A stretch of DNA of 64,000 nucleotides from Octopus sinensis (lineage: Eukaryota), in NCBI RefSeq assembly GCF_006345805.1, contig NC_043022.1:23746001-23810000 (forward strand), in the 5' to 3' direction. A model generated the notes under the pieces. That model was not told where the DNA came from and searched no databases. It worked only from the letters and a program-made list of their open reading frames with translations. This document shows positions 40,177 through 53,112 of the stretch, piece after piece; the stretch's first letter is position 1, and each line of letters opens with the position of its first letter. The translations under genes were made by a program, and so were the position numbers.

Positions 40177-41230
40177 TTGAACCATTCAACCAGCATGGAA
40201 GTTTGATGACCATGGTGATATAGATTTACATATATATATATATATAGATGTGGTGTGTGTGTGTGTCTATCATGTATGTATGTGTATATATATATTATCT
40301 TTTACCTTTTAATTGTTTGTCATTAGACTGCAGCCATGCTGGAGCACCACCTTGAAGGATTTTGGTTGAACAAATCAACCCCAGTATTTGATTTTTTAAA
40401 GCCCGATACTTATTCTATCAGTCACTTATGCCAAACTACTAAGTTACTGAGGCATAAACAAGCCGACAGCTGTCAAGTGGTGGTGAGGAAGAGACAAAAC
40501 ACAAAGACACACACACACATAGATATATATAAATATCATATATATATATGATATTTATATATATCTATGTGTGTGTGTGTGTGTCTATCATGTATGTATG
40601 TGTATATATATATTATCTTTTACCTTTTAATTGTTTGTCATTAGACTGCAGCCATGCTGGAGCACCACCTTGAAGGATTTTGGTTGAACAAATCAACCCC
40701 AGTATTTGATTTTTTAAAGCCCGATACTTATTCTATCAGTCACTTATGCCAAACTACTAAGTTACTGAGGCATAAACAAGCCGACAGCTGTCAAGTGGTG
40801 GTGAGGAAGAGACAAAACACAAAGACACACACACACACATAGATATATATAAATATCATATATATATATGATATTTATATATATCTATGTGTGTGTGTGT
40901 CTTTGTGTTTTGTCTCTTCCTCACCACCACTTGACAGCTGTCGGCTTGTTTATGCCTCAGTAACTTAGTAGTTTGGCATAAGTGACTGATAGAATAAGTA
41001 TCGGGCTTTAAAAAATCAAATACTGGGGTTGATTTGTTCAACCAAAATCCTTCAAGGTGGTGCTCCAGCATGGCTGCAGTCTAATGACAAACAATTAAAA
41101 GGTAAAAGATAATATATATATACACATACATACATGATAGACACACACACACACCACATCTATATATATATATATATGTAAATCTATATCACCATGGTCA
41201 TCAAACTTCCATGCTGGTTGAATGGTTCAA
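40177..41230. repeat. Long DNA palindrome with an additional ~320-bp tandem copy
   Basis: 40177-40543 is mirrored at 40864-41230; the same 62-71 aa ORF appears at 40336 (+), 40654 (+) and 40856-41071 (-); spacer-less centres at 40543/40544 and 40863/40864. Confidence 0.95.
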
Positions 41231-42079
41231 TGATAATAATGCCCCTTCTGTTGTGGCAAGACACCTGCTTCTGTCTCTCTGTCTCTTTGACACAAATGCC
41301 CTGCCCCTCGTAATTCCTTGTTTTGTGATTTACTTGGTTACCCTGCCAGTGCTGGTTCTATGTTAAAAGAATCCAGTCCATACTGTAACATGGTTGACAT
41401 CTGGAAGGGCATCCAACTGTAAAATCCCTGCAAAAACAGACACAGTAGCCTTGGTAGATTTCTACCTGGCCAGCTCCTGTCAACCATCTACCCATGCATG
41501 CATGGAAGAGGGATGTTAAACGATGATGATCATGATAAAATTTCCATAAACCAAATTTGCTCACAAGGCTCTTAGTGGCCCAGGGCTATAGTTGAAAACA
41601 ATTGCCCAAGGTGCCACACAGTAGGAATGAGTCCAGGACTATGTTTAGGAAGCAGCCATTCACCCATATAGTGCCTATATACATATACATACCTGAATAT
41701 ATATATATATATTGAGTTCTATTTTTCCTGTTTACATCAACATACCTGTGTATATATATATATAATGTTCCTTTATCTTACACCTGTTTTTTCACGGAGC
41801 ATGGATTAGACAAATATGTATTGCTGTCACATTGTTTTCACAGCCAGATGCTCCACCCACTATTAACTCCTGAATGTTTTTTCAAGTGAGGCAGATTTCC
41901 TACCACTTGTGTTTGAAAGTACACAGCTAATAGATGATTTGTTGACAGAAATAAAAATAGACACCACCATAACACACTGATTTTTTTTATACCATCACAT
42001 AACCAAATCTAAACATTTATATAGACACACACATGTATACACATGTGTGTATGCATGTATATGTGTGTATATATATATA

Positions 42080-42290
42080 ACGGGAAGCTTTATGAAAATA
42101 AACAAAAGACGAAGGCAGGTGGAAAACAAACGAACAATTGTATTAGTATGGCGCTCAGGAAATATAAATAAAACAAGTCTTTAACGTTTCGAGCCTACGC
42201 TCTTCAACAGAAAGATACACAGAGAGAGAAAAACACAGAAAGAAGGAGAGAAAAAAAATGTGTGCAGTAGCTAACGAATCAACATGGCGA
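42080..42290 (-). mobile_element. ~210-bp TA-embedded element with a minimal hammerhead-like motif (42178-42215)
   Basis: Minus strand TCTTT CTGTTGA A GAGC GTAG GCTC GAAA CGTT AAAGA; downstream TTCCTGAGCG and T-rich tail resemble 47067-47267. Confidence 0.6.
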
Positions 42291-42306
42291 TATATATATA
42301 TAAATA

Positions 42307-42602
42307 TGTGGAGGCGCAATGGCCCAGTGGTTAGGGCAGCAGACTCGCGGTTTCACTTCCCAGACCGAGCATTGTGAGTGTTTATTGAGCGAAAACACCT
42401 AAAGCTCCACGAGGCTCCAGCATTGGGTGGTGGCGATCCTTGCTGTACTCTTTCGCCACAACTTTCTCTCATTCTTTCTTCTGTTGGCCAGCTTGCTTAG
42501 CCAGCGGGGTGGCGTCATTTGAAGGCTAAAACAGTGTGAAGCGCATTGTGACCAGCGATGTGTAGCAACATCTGATAGCCTGGTCGGTCATGGTGGTCAT
42601 GG
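42307..42602 (+). mobile_element. tRNA-derived SINE (further family)
   Basis: Head GGAGGCGCAATGGCCCAGTGGTTAGGGCAGCAGACTCG; the 3' part GCATTGTGACCAGCGATGTGTAGCAACATCTGATAGCCTGGTC recurs at ~37405-37460. Confidence 0.7.
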
Positions 42603-44134
42603 GGATATATATTAATATTTAATAGAAGTTGCAAAGTGCCTCAAGGGCCAAGAGTTTGATAAGTGCCAAAGTATGACACTCTCAGCCCTTGAGTCACTCT
42701 TTTGCTTCTGCTAAGTATTGATAAAAATATACATAAACTCATATTTTTAAGTTCTATTTTCCCTGTTTGCATCACCATATATATATAAAATATATGCATA
42801 TAAATATGTGTATGTGCATAGATATATAATGTTAGAAATATGAAAAAATAAGAAGAAAATGTGTTTTTGTTTTTATATTGCAATGAATTAATTCCAAAGG
42901 ATATCATTACAATCAAATAATTTCAAAATACAGTAATATATATTGAAAAACAGATTATCACAATCCAATGGTTTCACAAGATATTATTACTTATTCCAAA
43001 ATATCATATCCAAAATACATTACTACAATAAAATCACTTCAAGTTAATGGATTTCAAGCTACAATCAAATAATCTCAAAATATCTTACTAGGCTCTTGGA
43101 AGTCCATAATTACAAAAATATATCAAAGTATGTAATTTCAAACTGGTTTCATTTCTTACAGTGTATGCTATTAGTGTACAGTATATGCTATTACAGTGTA
43201 TGCTACTAGGCTTCATTCAATTGAAGAGTTCAATAGAATAAGTGCCAAGCTTAAAAAACTGGAACTGGTGACAATTCTTCAACTAAAACTCTTCAAGGCA
43301 GTGATCCAGCATGGCCACAGTCCAGTGACTGAAACAAGTAAATCATAAAAGACACTTTAACATTTAATACTTTAGCATTCAGATTGCTCTGTCAAATGTA
43401 ATGCTTATTCATTCACATTAGTTTCAATTACTTATGCAGTATCTCATAGCTTTGACGTTTTAATGGTGTGGTTGGTTATTTTGAGAGTGACATTGTAGTG
43501 TAAGTGTGAGAGGCAGATCTGGCCAGTATGAACATAAAACTGGAAAAATATTTGGGCCAGATATGACCATTTTAAATGCTAATCGATTAATCCTGCCAAA
43601 TCAGGCCAAAGTATTCTACCTATTAAAACTGGCCAGATATGGGCCTTCAAAACAATCATGTCATTGAAATCTAGAAGCCACAATATAATGCATGATTAAT
43701 TTTAAAAAGTGTGAATAAATAAGTATTACAAAAGTATTGATAGAGTAATCTGAATGCTGAAGGACCAAAAAATGATTTCCTAATTTATTTAATTATTCTA
43801 AATACATTATTTACTTATCTGTATCTTTTTGTTTTGTCTCTTGCTGGGTTTGTAAATATTAACTTTTTAGCATTCAGATTACTTTGTCAAATGTAATGCT
43901 TTTACATGCTGTAAGCTCAATACTAAGTATCCAACCATTCCTGGCACCCTACAAGTTGACATACCTAGATTTTAATAAATGTCATAAATGACGTATATAT
44001 ATGTGTTTATGCATGTGTGTATGTTTGTATGTGTGTGTGTATATATATGCATGTATGTATGTATAATATATGTGTATTAAGGGAAATTTTATCTACCAAT
44101 GTGGTGTTGAGCACTCATTCTCATTGTTCAACAT

Positions 44135-44358
44135 TTACGTATGTATGTATGTATGTATGTATGTATGTATGTATGTATGTATGTATGTATGTTATGTATG
44201 TATGTATGAATGTATGTATGTATGTATGTTGTATGTATGTATGTATGTATGTATGTATGTATGTATGTATGTAGTATGTATGTATGATGTATGTATGAAT
44301 GTATGTATGTATGTATGTATGTATGTTATGTATGTATGTATGTATGAATGTATGTATG

Positions 44359-44389
<31 letters not shown>

Positions 44390-44720
44390 TGTATGTATGT
44401 ATGTATGTATGTATGTATGTATGCATGTATGTATGTATGTATGTATGTATGAATGTATGTATGTATGTATGGATGTATGTATGTATGTTGTATGTATGTA
44501 TGTATGAATGTATGTATGTATGTTGTATGTATGTATGTATGTATGTATGGTATGTATGTATGTAGTATGTATGAATGTATGTATGTATGTATGTATGTAT
44601 GTATGTATGTATGTAGTATGTATGTATGTATGTATGAATGTATGTATGTATGTATGGATGTATGTATGTATGTATGTATGTGTATGTATGTATGTATGCA
44701 TGCATGCATGCATGTATGTA
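44135..44720. repeat. ~590-bp imperfect (TATG)n tetranucleotide array
   Basis: Read directly; it is the source of the YIHT/MYVC pseudo-ORFs. Confidence 0.97.
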
Positions 44721-45258
44721 TGCATGTATACATGGATCATTGATTCAAACTCCTTGGTACTCTGAGTTTTAGATGCTAATCTTCGACCATAGGAGTTTGA
44801 ATGAGAGGCCAGTTGAAGAGAGTCAATGTTTATTACGGACATTCACCTGCGATTGGTCAAGAAAGGTCACACAGTGTCACAGTTTGATGTTAGTATTTCA
44901 GCAACATGGCTGATATTTACCAAGTTTCCTTCAGCCTGCATCAACATTCTAGACTTCATAAGTAACTCCCTGCTTCAGATTTACACCACCATCATTGCAT
45001 CCATGATACTTGGGTAACTTTCATGGAATCCACTCTGCTGGAAGCATAATTATATATTGCTACTCTGTGTATGTGTGTGTGTATGTATGTATATATAACA
45101 TATATATTTTTTTCAAAAGTTAAACAGAGAAGGGCAAAATAGATGGAAACTGGGTGAAAACATAACAGACAGAAAAGGGAAACAAAAACATGATACAAGG
45201 AACAATCACAGCTGATTTTGTCATCAGTTGGTTTCTGAGACGTCTTAGTGGTTTCATG

Positions 45259-45296
<38 letters not shown>

Positions 45297-45943
45297 TCTG
45301 AATGGCTCTTGTTGTCACCAACCCTCATCTGCTTCTAACAAGGGTAATATTTTCCAATGGCTGGACATATTTTCATGGATGATTGAAATGGGAGATACTG
45401 TTTGTATGATGATGCACTCATTTACAACTACTGCATGATGTCACAACCAGGAGAGAGAGAGAGTGACACACACACACACACACACACATACAACAGGCTT
45501 CTTCCAGTTTCTGTCTACCAAATCCACACACAAAGCTTTGCTTGGTCTTGGGCTATAATAAAAGACACTTGCCCAAGGTTTCACATAGTGGGACTATACA
45601 TGGAACCATGTAGATGAGCAGTAAAGTTCTAACCACTCAGCTATGTCTGTGCCTAGATACAATATACATACATATGTAAATGCATACACACTACATGCAC
45701 AAACACACATACACACTACATGCACAAACACACATACATACTTCATGCACAAACACACACACGCATACATATATGAGAATACATGCATAAAGCAAAACAT
45801 ACAAATCTGCACATATAATACATACATACAAAAATACCCTGTTGATGTTGTTAAATGAAATTCCAATGAAGGAGCCATGGATCTAGGTTAGAAATTGGCT
45901 CTTCCTCTATTGGCAAGAAATCTTGAAATAAAACTGAATACAT

Positions 45944-45975
<32 letters not shown>

Positions 45976-47017
45976 TCACTTACATACAATACATACATAC
46001 ATCCTCATTGGCATTGTTTTTACACTCTTCTTTTTTATGCGGGCTTGGGGTAGATATAACTTCTTGGTGCTGTATTTTATGACCAGATGCCATTCCTGTG
46101 TTGTTTTAGATTTAAAGATAGTCAGTGTAATTTGAGAGACATGTGGCTGTTATTTCTAGCAATTTGAACAGCTTCATTTAAGCTTCTTTTTCATTATATG
46201 TTAGTATATGCTTGTGCATGCAGTTGTGTGTGTGTGTGTATGCATGCTTGTCGTTATGTAGGCAGGTGTTAGTTTGTGTGTAAGTATGAAAGTGTTTGTG
46301 TACGTGTGAATGTATATATATTTTTATCCTTTACTTGTTTCAAGAATGTGGCTATACAGGGGCATCACCATGAAAGGTTTTAGTGGATCAAATCACCCCT
46401 AGTGCTTATTGATTTACAGTCTGGTTCTCATTCTATCAGCCTCTTTTTACCAAACCACTAGGGAACATAAACAAACCAACACTGGTTGTCAAGTGCTGGT
46501 GGGGGACAAATACAAAAACAGACAAACAGACACACACACACACCGTGCATGCATTCATACATATGTATCCTTAATCAGTTACATCCATGAATCTTTAAAA
46601 CTTTATACCCCTAAACCTATCATGAAAGTTAAACACTCTAATACCTCATTTTATCTTGCTTTACTTTATCTTAATTCATTTTATTTCACCCTCCTCTTTC
46701 ACCTTCATAACTTCCTAACCTACTAACGACATTATCCTTTTATCTTACAATGTATGAGGGTCACTCCCATGGATTTCAATGATTGTTTGAAGGAGAGGAT
46801 TTAAAAAAAGAAAAGAGCAAAGAAAAAACATAAGTTTATAAATGAGAGAAGCCGCATCTATTTGTGATGGATGCAGGAATGTAATTTCAGTCCATGTATG
46901 GGTTTTGCTATGAAATCATTATGAGGACATTGATGATTTTAATTTTGCCTGGGATTGGGTAAATGTGTCTGCTGATTGTAGAATATAATTCTTTTATTGT
47001 TCTGTTTCTTCAACTCA

Positions 47018-47066
<49 letters not shown>

Positions 47067-47069
<3 letters not shown>

Positions 47070-47263
47070 TGACCGCGTGTGTACCATTGGCGATATTTTT
47101 TCCTCCATCTTCCCTTCTTTGGATCTTTCCTTTTCCTATGTTTCTGATGAAGAGCTCTGCTTGAAACGTTAAACCCTCCTTCTTTCCTGAGCATCCAATA
47201 ATACTATACTTGCTCCACGTCCTCGCATTGTTATGTTTTCTCTTTGTGTTTTCATGTTTGGAT

Positions 47264-47267
<4 letters not shown>
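47067..47267 (+). mobile_element. ~200-bp TA-embedded element with a minimal hammerhead-like motif (47140-47174)
   Basis: GTTT CTGATGA A GAGC TCT GCTT GAAA CGTT AAAC; (TA)n on both sides; 5'-truncated sibling at 55658-55790. Confidence 0.7.
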
Positions 47268-47306
<39 letters not shown>

Positions 47307-50265
47307 GATGGGCTTCTTTCAGTGTCTGCTTATCAAATCCAGCCATAAGGCTTTGGTTAGCCCAGAGCTATAGTGGATGAAAACACATGCCAAAAGTGCT
47401 GTTCAATGTATGTGTGTTGTTATTATCTGTATGTTTGTGTCTGTCTATATGTGAGGATGTCTCTTCACACCTGTCAATGTTTATTACACTTTTTAATTAC
47501 CAGTTAGCATTAGCATCACATCACTGTTGGTATTTGACATCAGAATTACTGGAGCACTTAGCTAAAAACTAATTAGCAAACACATTTGCCTAATTTTGCT
47601 TTGTTCTTTACATTGTAAGTTCAAATATGCCCTAGGTCTACTTTTCCCTTCATCCTCTTAGGAGTGATTTCAATGTATACCAGTTAACAATCTGGGTCAA
47701 TTTAATCACCTGTACCTTTCCATTAAACCATTTCAAAATTTAACTTAACAATAATAATAATCCTTAAGGCGGTGAGCTGGCAGAAATGCGTAGCTGTATT
47801 TCGTCTGCCGTTACATTCTGAGTTCAAATTCCGCTGAGGTCGACTTTGCCTTTCATCCTTTCGGGGTCGATAAATTAAGTACCAGTTATGCACTGGGGTC
47901 GATGTAATCGACTTAGTCCGTTTGTCTGTCCTTGTTTGTCCCCTCTGTGTTTAGCCCCTTGTGGGTAGTAAAGAAATAAATAATAATAATCCTCTCTACT
48001 ATAGGCACAAGGGCCAAAATTTGTGGTGAAGGTGCTAATCAATTACATTGACCCCAATGCTAAACTGGTACTTGTTTCATTGCCCTTGGAAGGTTGAAAG
48101 GCAAAGTTGACTTCACCAGAATTTGAACTCAGAACATAAAGACAAACAACTTAACAATAATAATTCTTTTTCATTTTTGAGGCAAAGCCTACCATATTGA
48201 GGGGATAAGGAAGTTGATTACATTGATCCCAGAGCTCAATGGTACTTTATTCTATCAATATCAAAAGTATGAAGGGTAAAGCCTACTTTGTCAGCATTTG
48301 AACTCAGAATGTCAAACCAGAAGAAATGCTGCTAAGCATTTTTGTTTGGCATGCTAATGATTCTGCCAGTTTGCCACCTTCGGCTTAACACTTATCATCA
48401 TCATCATCATACGTCTGTTTTTCATGCTTGCATGGGTTGGACAGCTTGACAGGGACTAGCAAGTCCAAAGGCCATACCAGGTTCCATAGTCTGTTTTGGC
48501 TTGATTTCTACAGCTGGATGCCCTTCATAAATACCGTGGGAAGTAGGTCGTTCATTTAGCAATCCCAGAAAGTTGAAAGACAATCTTGGCCTGAGCGTGT
48601 TTTGAACTCAGAATGGAAAGAGCCTGAACAAATAACACAAGATATTTTGTCTGAGACATTAACAATTCTGCCAATTCTAAAACGATTGTTTCTAATTTAA
48701 GCATAAAGGTGGGGAGGTGTTAGTTGACTAAATCAAGCCCAGTCCTTAACAGTTACCTTATTTTTATTTGACCTCAGAGAAATGAAAGGCAAAGTTGATC
48801 TTGGAATGTAAAAACTTGGAACAAATGTCACAAAGCATGTTTTTTTTTTTCAAATCCGCATTGTATTTACCGTATAGAAGCTCTACTAAATACTATAGCA
48901 CTACTCATGTTACAGGTATGAAAGTCAGTCAGCACATAACAGCACAAACACAGAACACATGTTCATCAAAATAAACAGATGAAACACTAAAATATCGCTA
49001 GAAATAAACAAACAAAATACTACAACAGGAATGCGTTGGTGCACTTAGTGGTGCTGCAGAAACTTGCGTAAAACAACTGGAAATGTTATGATGATGTTGA
49101 CAATGATGATGAGTGAGAAAATCTCTCTCTATTCCACCAACGGCTGTACAGTGGATAACAGAGTCATTTAACCTTTTGTTATCATATTTCTGTTGAAATG
49201 CACTGCCTTTGTTTCAGATAATTTTTAAAATAATGAATTTATTAAAACAACTTTAATCATTATTAAGCTGGTATTCAGAACTTAAATTAACATAAAATTT
49301 CAATGGAAGGTTTTAATTTAGATTTCTTTAAACAGCAAGTTTGTATCATAGAGCCAGGGCTGGCTGTGGGCAGGTTATTTACCAAAAACACTATGCTGTA
49401 TTTAGTTATATTTACTCTTTTACTTGTTTCAGTCATTTGACTGTAGCCATGCTGGAGCACCACCTTTTAGTCAAGTAAATCGACCCCAGGACTTATTCTT
49501 TGAAAGCCTAGTACTTATTCCATCAGTCTCTTTTGCTGAACCACTAAGTTACGGGGACGTAAACACACCACCATCGGTTGTCAAGCAATGGTGGGGGGAC
49601 AAACACAGACACACAAACACACATACATATACATACATATATACGACGGGCTTCTTCCAGTTTCCATCTACCAAATCCACTCAAAAGGCTTTGGTCAGCC
49701 CGAGGCTATAGTAGAAGTCACTTACCCAAGGTTCCACGCAGTGGGAATGAACCCGGAACCATGTGGTTGGTAAGCAAGCTACTTACCACACAGCCACTCC
49801 TTTTCTAGGTTCTAAGTTCTTGTCTAACAGAGGTTTACTTAGTCTTACACCATTCAAGAGTTGATAAAATTCCAGTAAAGTAATGAAGCTTGATGAGGCT
49901 GGATACATCAGTTCTCTCATTACAGTTCATCATTAATAATACTTTCATGTTGTCAAAAACTGAGATTTTGAAATCTTGTTTTTTTTACTTGCCATATTCC
50001 TTGCAATATCATCTTTTATTGCCTCTTCATTACCTCCCTTTATCTATAGTTAGTGGGTGCTGCCTGATAGTGGCTAAAATAGTTTTATTTCAATGCCAGA
50101 AAAAAGCTAGTAAACTGGCAGAATTGTTAGCTTGTAGCGCAAAATGCTTTGTGGCATTTCATTCATCTTCATGTTCAAATTCCACCAAGGTTAATTTTCC
50201 TCTTTTATCCTTTTGGGGGATCGATAAAATAAGTACCGGCTGAGCACTGGGATTGATGTTATCAT

Positions 50266-50660
50266 GGCACTTTTCAGTTTGAACAGCAGTTTTTTCTAGC
50301 GGTGTCATATGAAATTGTCACCCATAATTATGACCCTAGTATCGATCTATTGCATTTCAATCTGTTTTAGGGTTAGGGTTAGGGTTAGGGGTGGGGGAAG
50401 GGTATCTTTTTTTCTTCAGAAATGAGGGACATATTCATACGGCACAGAATGTTTTCACCTCAATAGACGTCATTGATTGGTTGAAATTGCAGAAATTGAA
50501 GAAAAAAAAAACAACAAATATTTTACAAACTATAGAATTTTCTCAATAAAACCAAGAGAAAAAGATGTTTTATAAACACATTCTACCAGTATACGAAGTT
50601 TATAATTTTTTAATTACCTAGAAATTATGTTAAAAACTGCCGTTCAAACCGAAAAGATCC
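50266..50660. mobile_element. MITE with ~28-bp TIRs and internal (TTAGGG)4
   Basis: GGCACTTTTCAGTTTGAACAGCAGTTTT versus reverse complement of the right end GGATCTTTTCGGTTTGAACGGCAGTTTT; TTAGGG x4 at 50367-50390. Confidence 0.8.
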
Positions 50661-52185
50661 GTTATTTTCTTAAACCTCCTGCTTCCTCCATACTTGCTGA
50701 CTTTGTGTCAAAATTTGAAATTGCTAGCCTTGTGCCTATGGAAGAAAGGATTTTAATACTAGAACACTGCAAGTGTAATGTCAAACTGACCATAATTTCT
50801 AATTGGGATTTAATTTAATACCAAACAAAATTAAAATATATCACTATTGTGTTGCTGAAGACTGTTTTCAATTTCACTTTCATCATATTCCAAAGAATGC
50901 TGACATAAATCTCATCACGTTCACCTGTAATTATTGAAACTTTATTATTTATCTATTCATTTGTAATTACTGTCTCTTTTGTCCTTGTGTGTTACTTGCT
51001 CCACTCATTTGACTGCAGCCATTCTGGTGCACTACCTTGAAGGGTTTAGCTGAACAAATTGATCCCAATACTTTTTTTTTAGTCAAGTACTTATTTTATC
51101 AACCTCTTTTGCTAAGGTGCTAATGGGTTGTAAACAAACCAACACAGATTGTCAAGTGGTGGTGGGGAAAAACACACACACGAAATGGGTTTCTTTCAGT
51201 CCCTGTCTATCAAATCCACTCATAAGGTTTTGGTTACCTGGAGCTAATGTAGAAGGCACTTGCCTATGGTGCCATTCAGTGGGACTGAACCCAGAATCAT
51301 GTGATAGGAAAGCAACAATTTTAGTCAAGTTGTTAATGTGTTCATATAAAGTTACTACACTTAAGCTGTTAAACTGTTCCCTTCTAAAAACAACTATATT
51401 GTTCAAATATTATTTATCTTTGTTGTCACAGCAGGTTAGCATGTTATTTACCTGTAGTGACTACAAATATGCACAAGTCTTCTCCCCTATTTGTACAAGT
51501 AGACATAGGCACACACACACACAATGGTTAGTGGAATTGACTAGGCCCTCACCACCCCCTACCTAAAATATTTCAAGCCTTGTATCTGTAATAGAAACGA
51601 TTACTTGAACAATATCTATTTTATGCATAACATGGCCTATATCTGACAACCTAAAATACATTTAAATAATACAAAGCCTCACTGTGGGATAAATATAAAC
51701 AACTATTTTATGCTATTGATGTATGGAACAAAAGTAGGAGAGCATCTCCTGATCAACCATTTCATGGTTCGTTGACTGTTCTTCAGAGATGAAATTGGTT
51801 TCTTCTCCCAGTTCAATCCCATGCAATGGGATTGAACTTGTAACCATGTGGTTGCAAAACAAACTTCTTGAACACACAGCTTTGCCTACACCTAAGTTTG
51901 GTGTAATAGATTTTGTCATCATCATCAGTTAATGCCCACTTTTCCATACTTACATGGGTTGGACAGAGATTATTGAAGCAGATTTTCTATGGCCAGATTG
52001 CCTGCCTGTTGTCAACCCTCACCTATTTCCAAGCAAGGTCATATTTCCCCATGGCCTGACATGATATTGGAAATGAATGACACAACCTGTATGACAGTGA
52101 CAATCATTTACAACTATCACGTGATGTCAAGGAAAGAAGGCACAACACACACACATGCACACACTCACACACACTTGTGTGTATG

Positions 52186-52227
<42 letters not shown>

Positions 52228-52415
52228 TGTTGAGCTTCTTTCAGTCTCTGGTTACCAAATCCCTTCACAAGGCTTTGGTTGGCCCAGGGCTATAATAGAA
52301 AGCACTTGCATAAAGTACCAAGCAGTGAAACTGAACCTTAGACCATGTGGTTTCAAAGCAAACTTCTTACCACACAGCCACACCTATGCCTGTATAATAG
52401 TATAATATATAAACA

Positions 52416-52575
52416 GGGTGCAGTGAATATATTGTCTAAATTATGCAAAAATGAAAATAACCTTAACCCTAACCCTAATCCTTGCTTTCAGTTCATGTTT
52501 GGTGTTATAAGGAGATTTGTTGGTCTCTCGTTCAACTGCACCCCACACATAATAATCAGGGGGGTGTTTTTTTTT
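52416..52575 (+). mobile_element. Helentron-associated (HINE/DINE-1-like) short element
   Basis: Sub-TIRs GGGTGCAGTGAA and TTCAACTGCACCC; internal CCCTAA repeats (52458-52481); 3' stem-loop CACCCC/GGGGTG followed by T9. Confidence 0.6.
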
Positions 52576-52642
52576 CTTGTTTTTGTAAAATCTCAGAAAA
52601 TAATTAAAAATTCACATTTTTTATCAAATTATTTTGTTATAT

Positions 52643-53112
52643 TTGTCTATTTGTCTGGGGAGTTAGGTGGCTAGATGTTAGGGGCGATTGCAGAAATTGT
52701 CTGACAGCCATGACTGGTTCTCCTGCTTGTGTGGCATGGTGCAGTGTCCTGTTGCCAGATATAGGATCTTTAAGCAGCCACCCTCTTGACCCAGGGCAAC
52801 AGTACCTCCTCAAGGCACTTGATGTAGGCCTCCATGTTGAGTATGAGACTGCATAGGAAGATGAATGGAGGCATAATGTCACCATCACTAGTGATCACTC
52901 CAAACACTATGATGTTGACTGGATGTTTGATTTTTATCACTCTCAATACATGGCCTCAGATTGACACCCAAACACTCTGAAATGTCCATATTAGAGTTTA
53001 CGGCAAGAATGCCAAGTAGTAAAGCATGTTGTTTCTGAATTTCAGACAGAGTGAATTGTGTCATGGTGCTGTTTTCTCTCAGACGGTGCCCAACTGACCC
53101 TACTATACTGTA
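52643..53112 (-). pseudogene. Internally deleted Tc1/mariner DD37D (maT-like) transposase remnant
   Basis: ATG at 53064 gives MTQFTLSEIQKQHALLLGILAVNSNMDISECLGVNLR, joined out of frame to KHPVNIIVFGVITSDGDIMPPFIF...CLEEVLLPWVKRVAA*RSYIWQQDTAPCHTSR...PPNSPD; TA-TACAG left end. Confidence 0.82.

Noticed and set aside
44017-44842. Long ORFs (up to 216 aa) of YIHT/MYVC repeats, and similar YI/VC/HT-rich ORFs throughout the track
   Set aside because: They are translations of (TATG)n, (TA)n and (CA)n microsatellites, which lack stops in some frames; no coding signal.
44760-45050. Possible TE coding remnant between microsatellites
   Set aside because: Multiple stops in all frames and no diagnostic motif I can assign.
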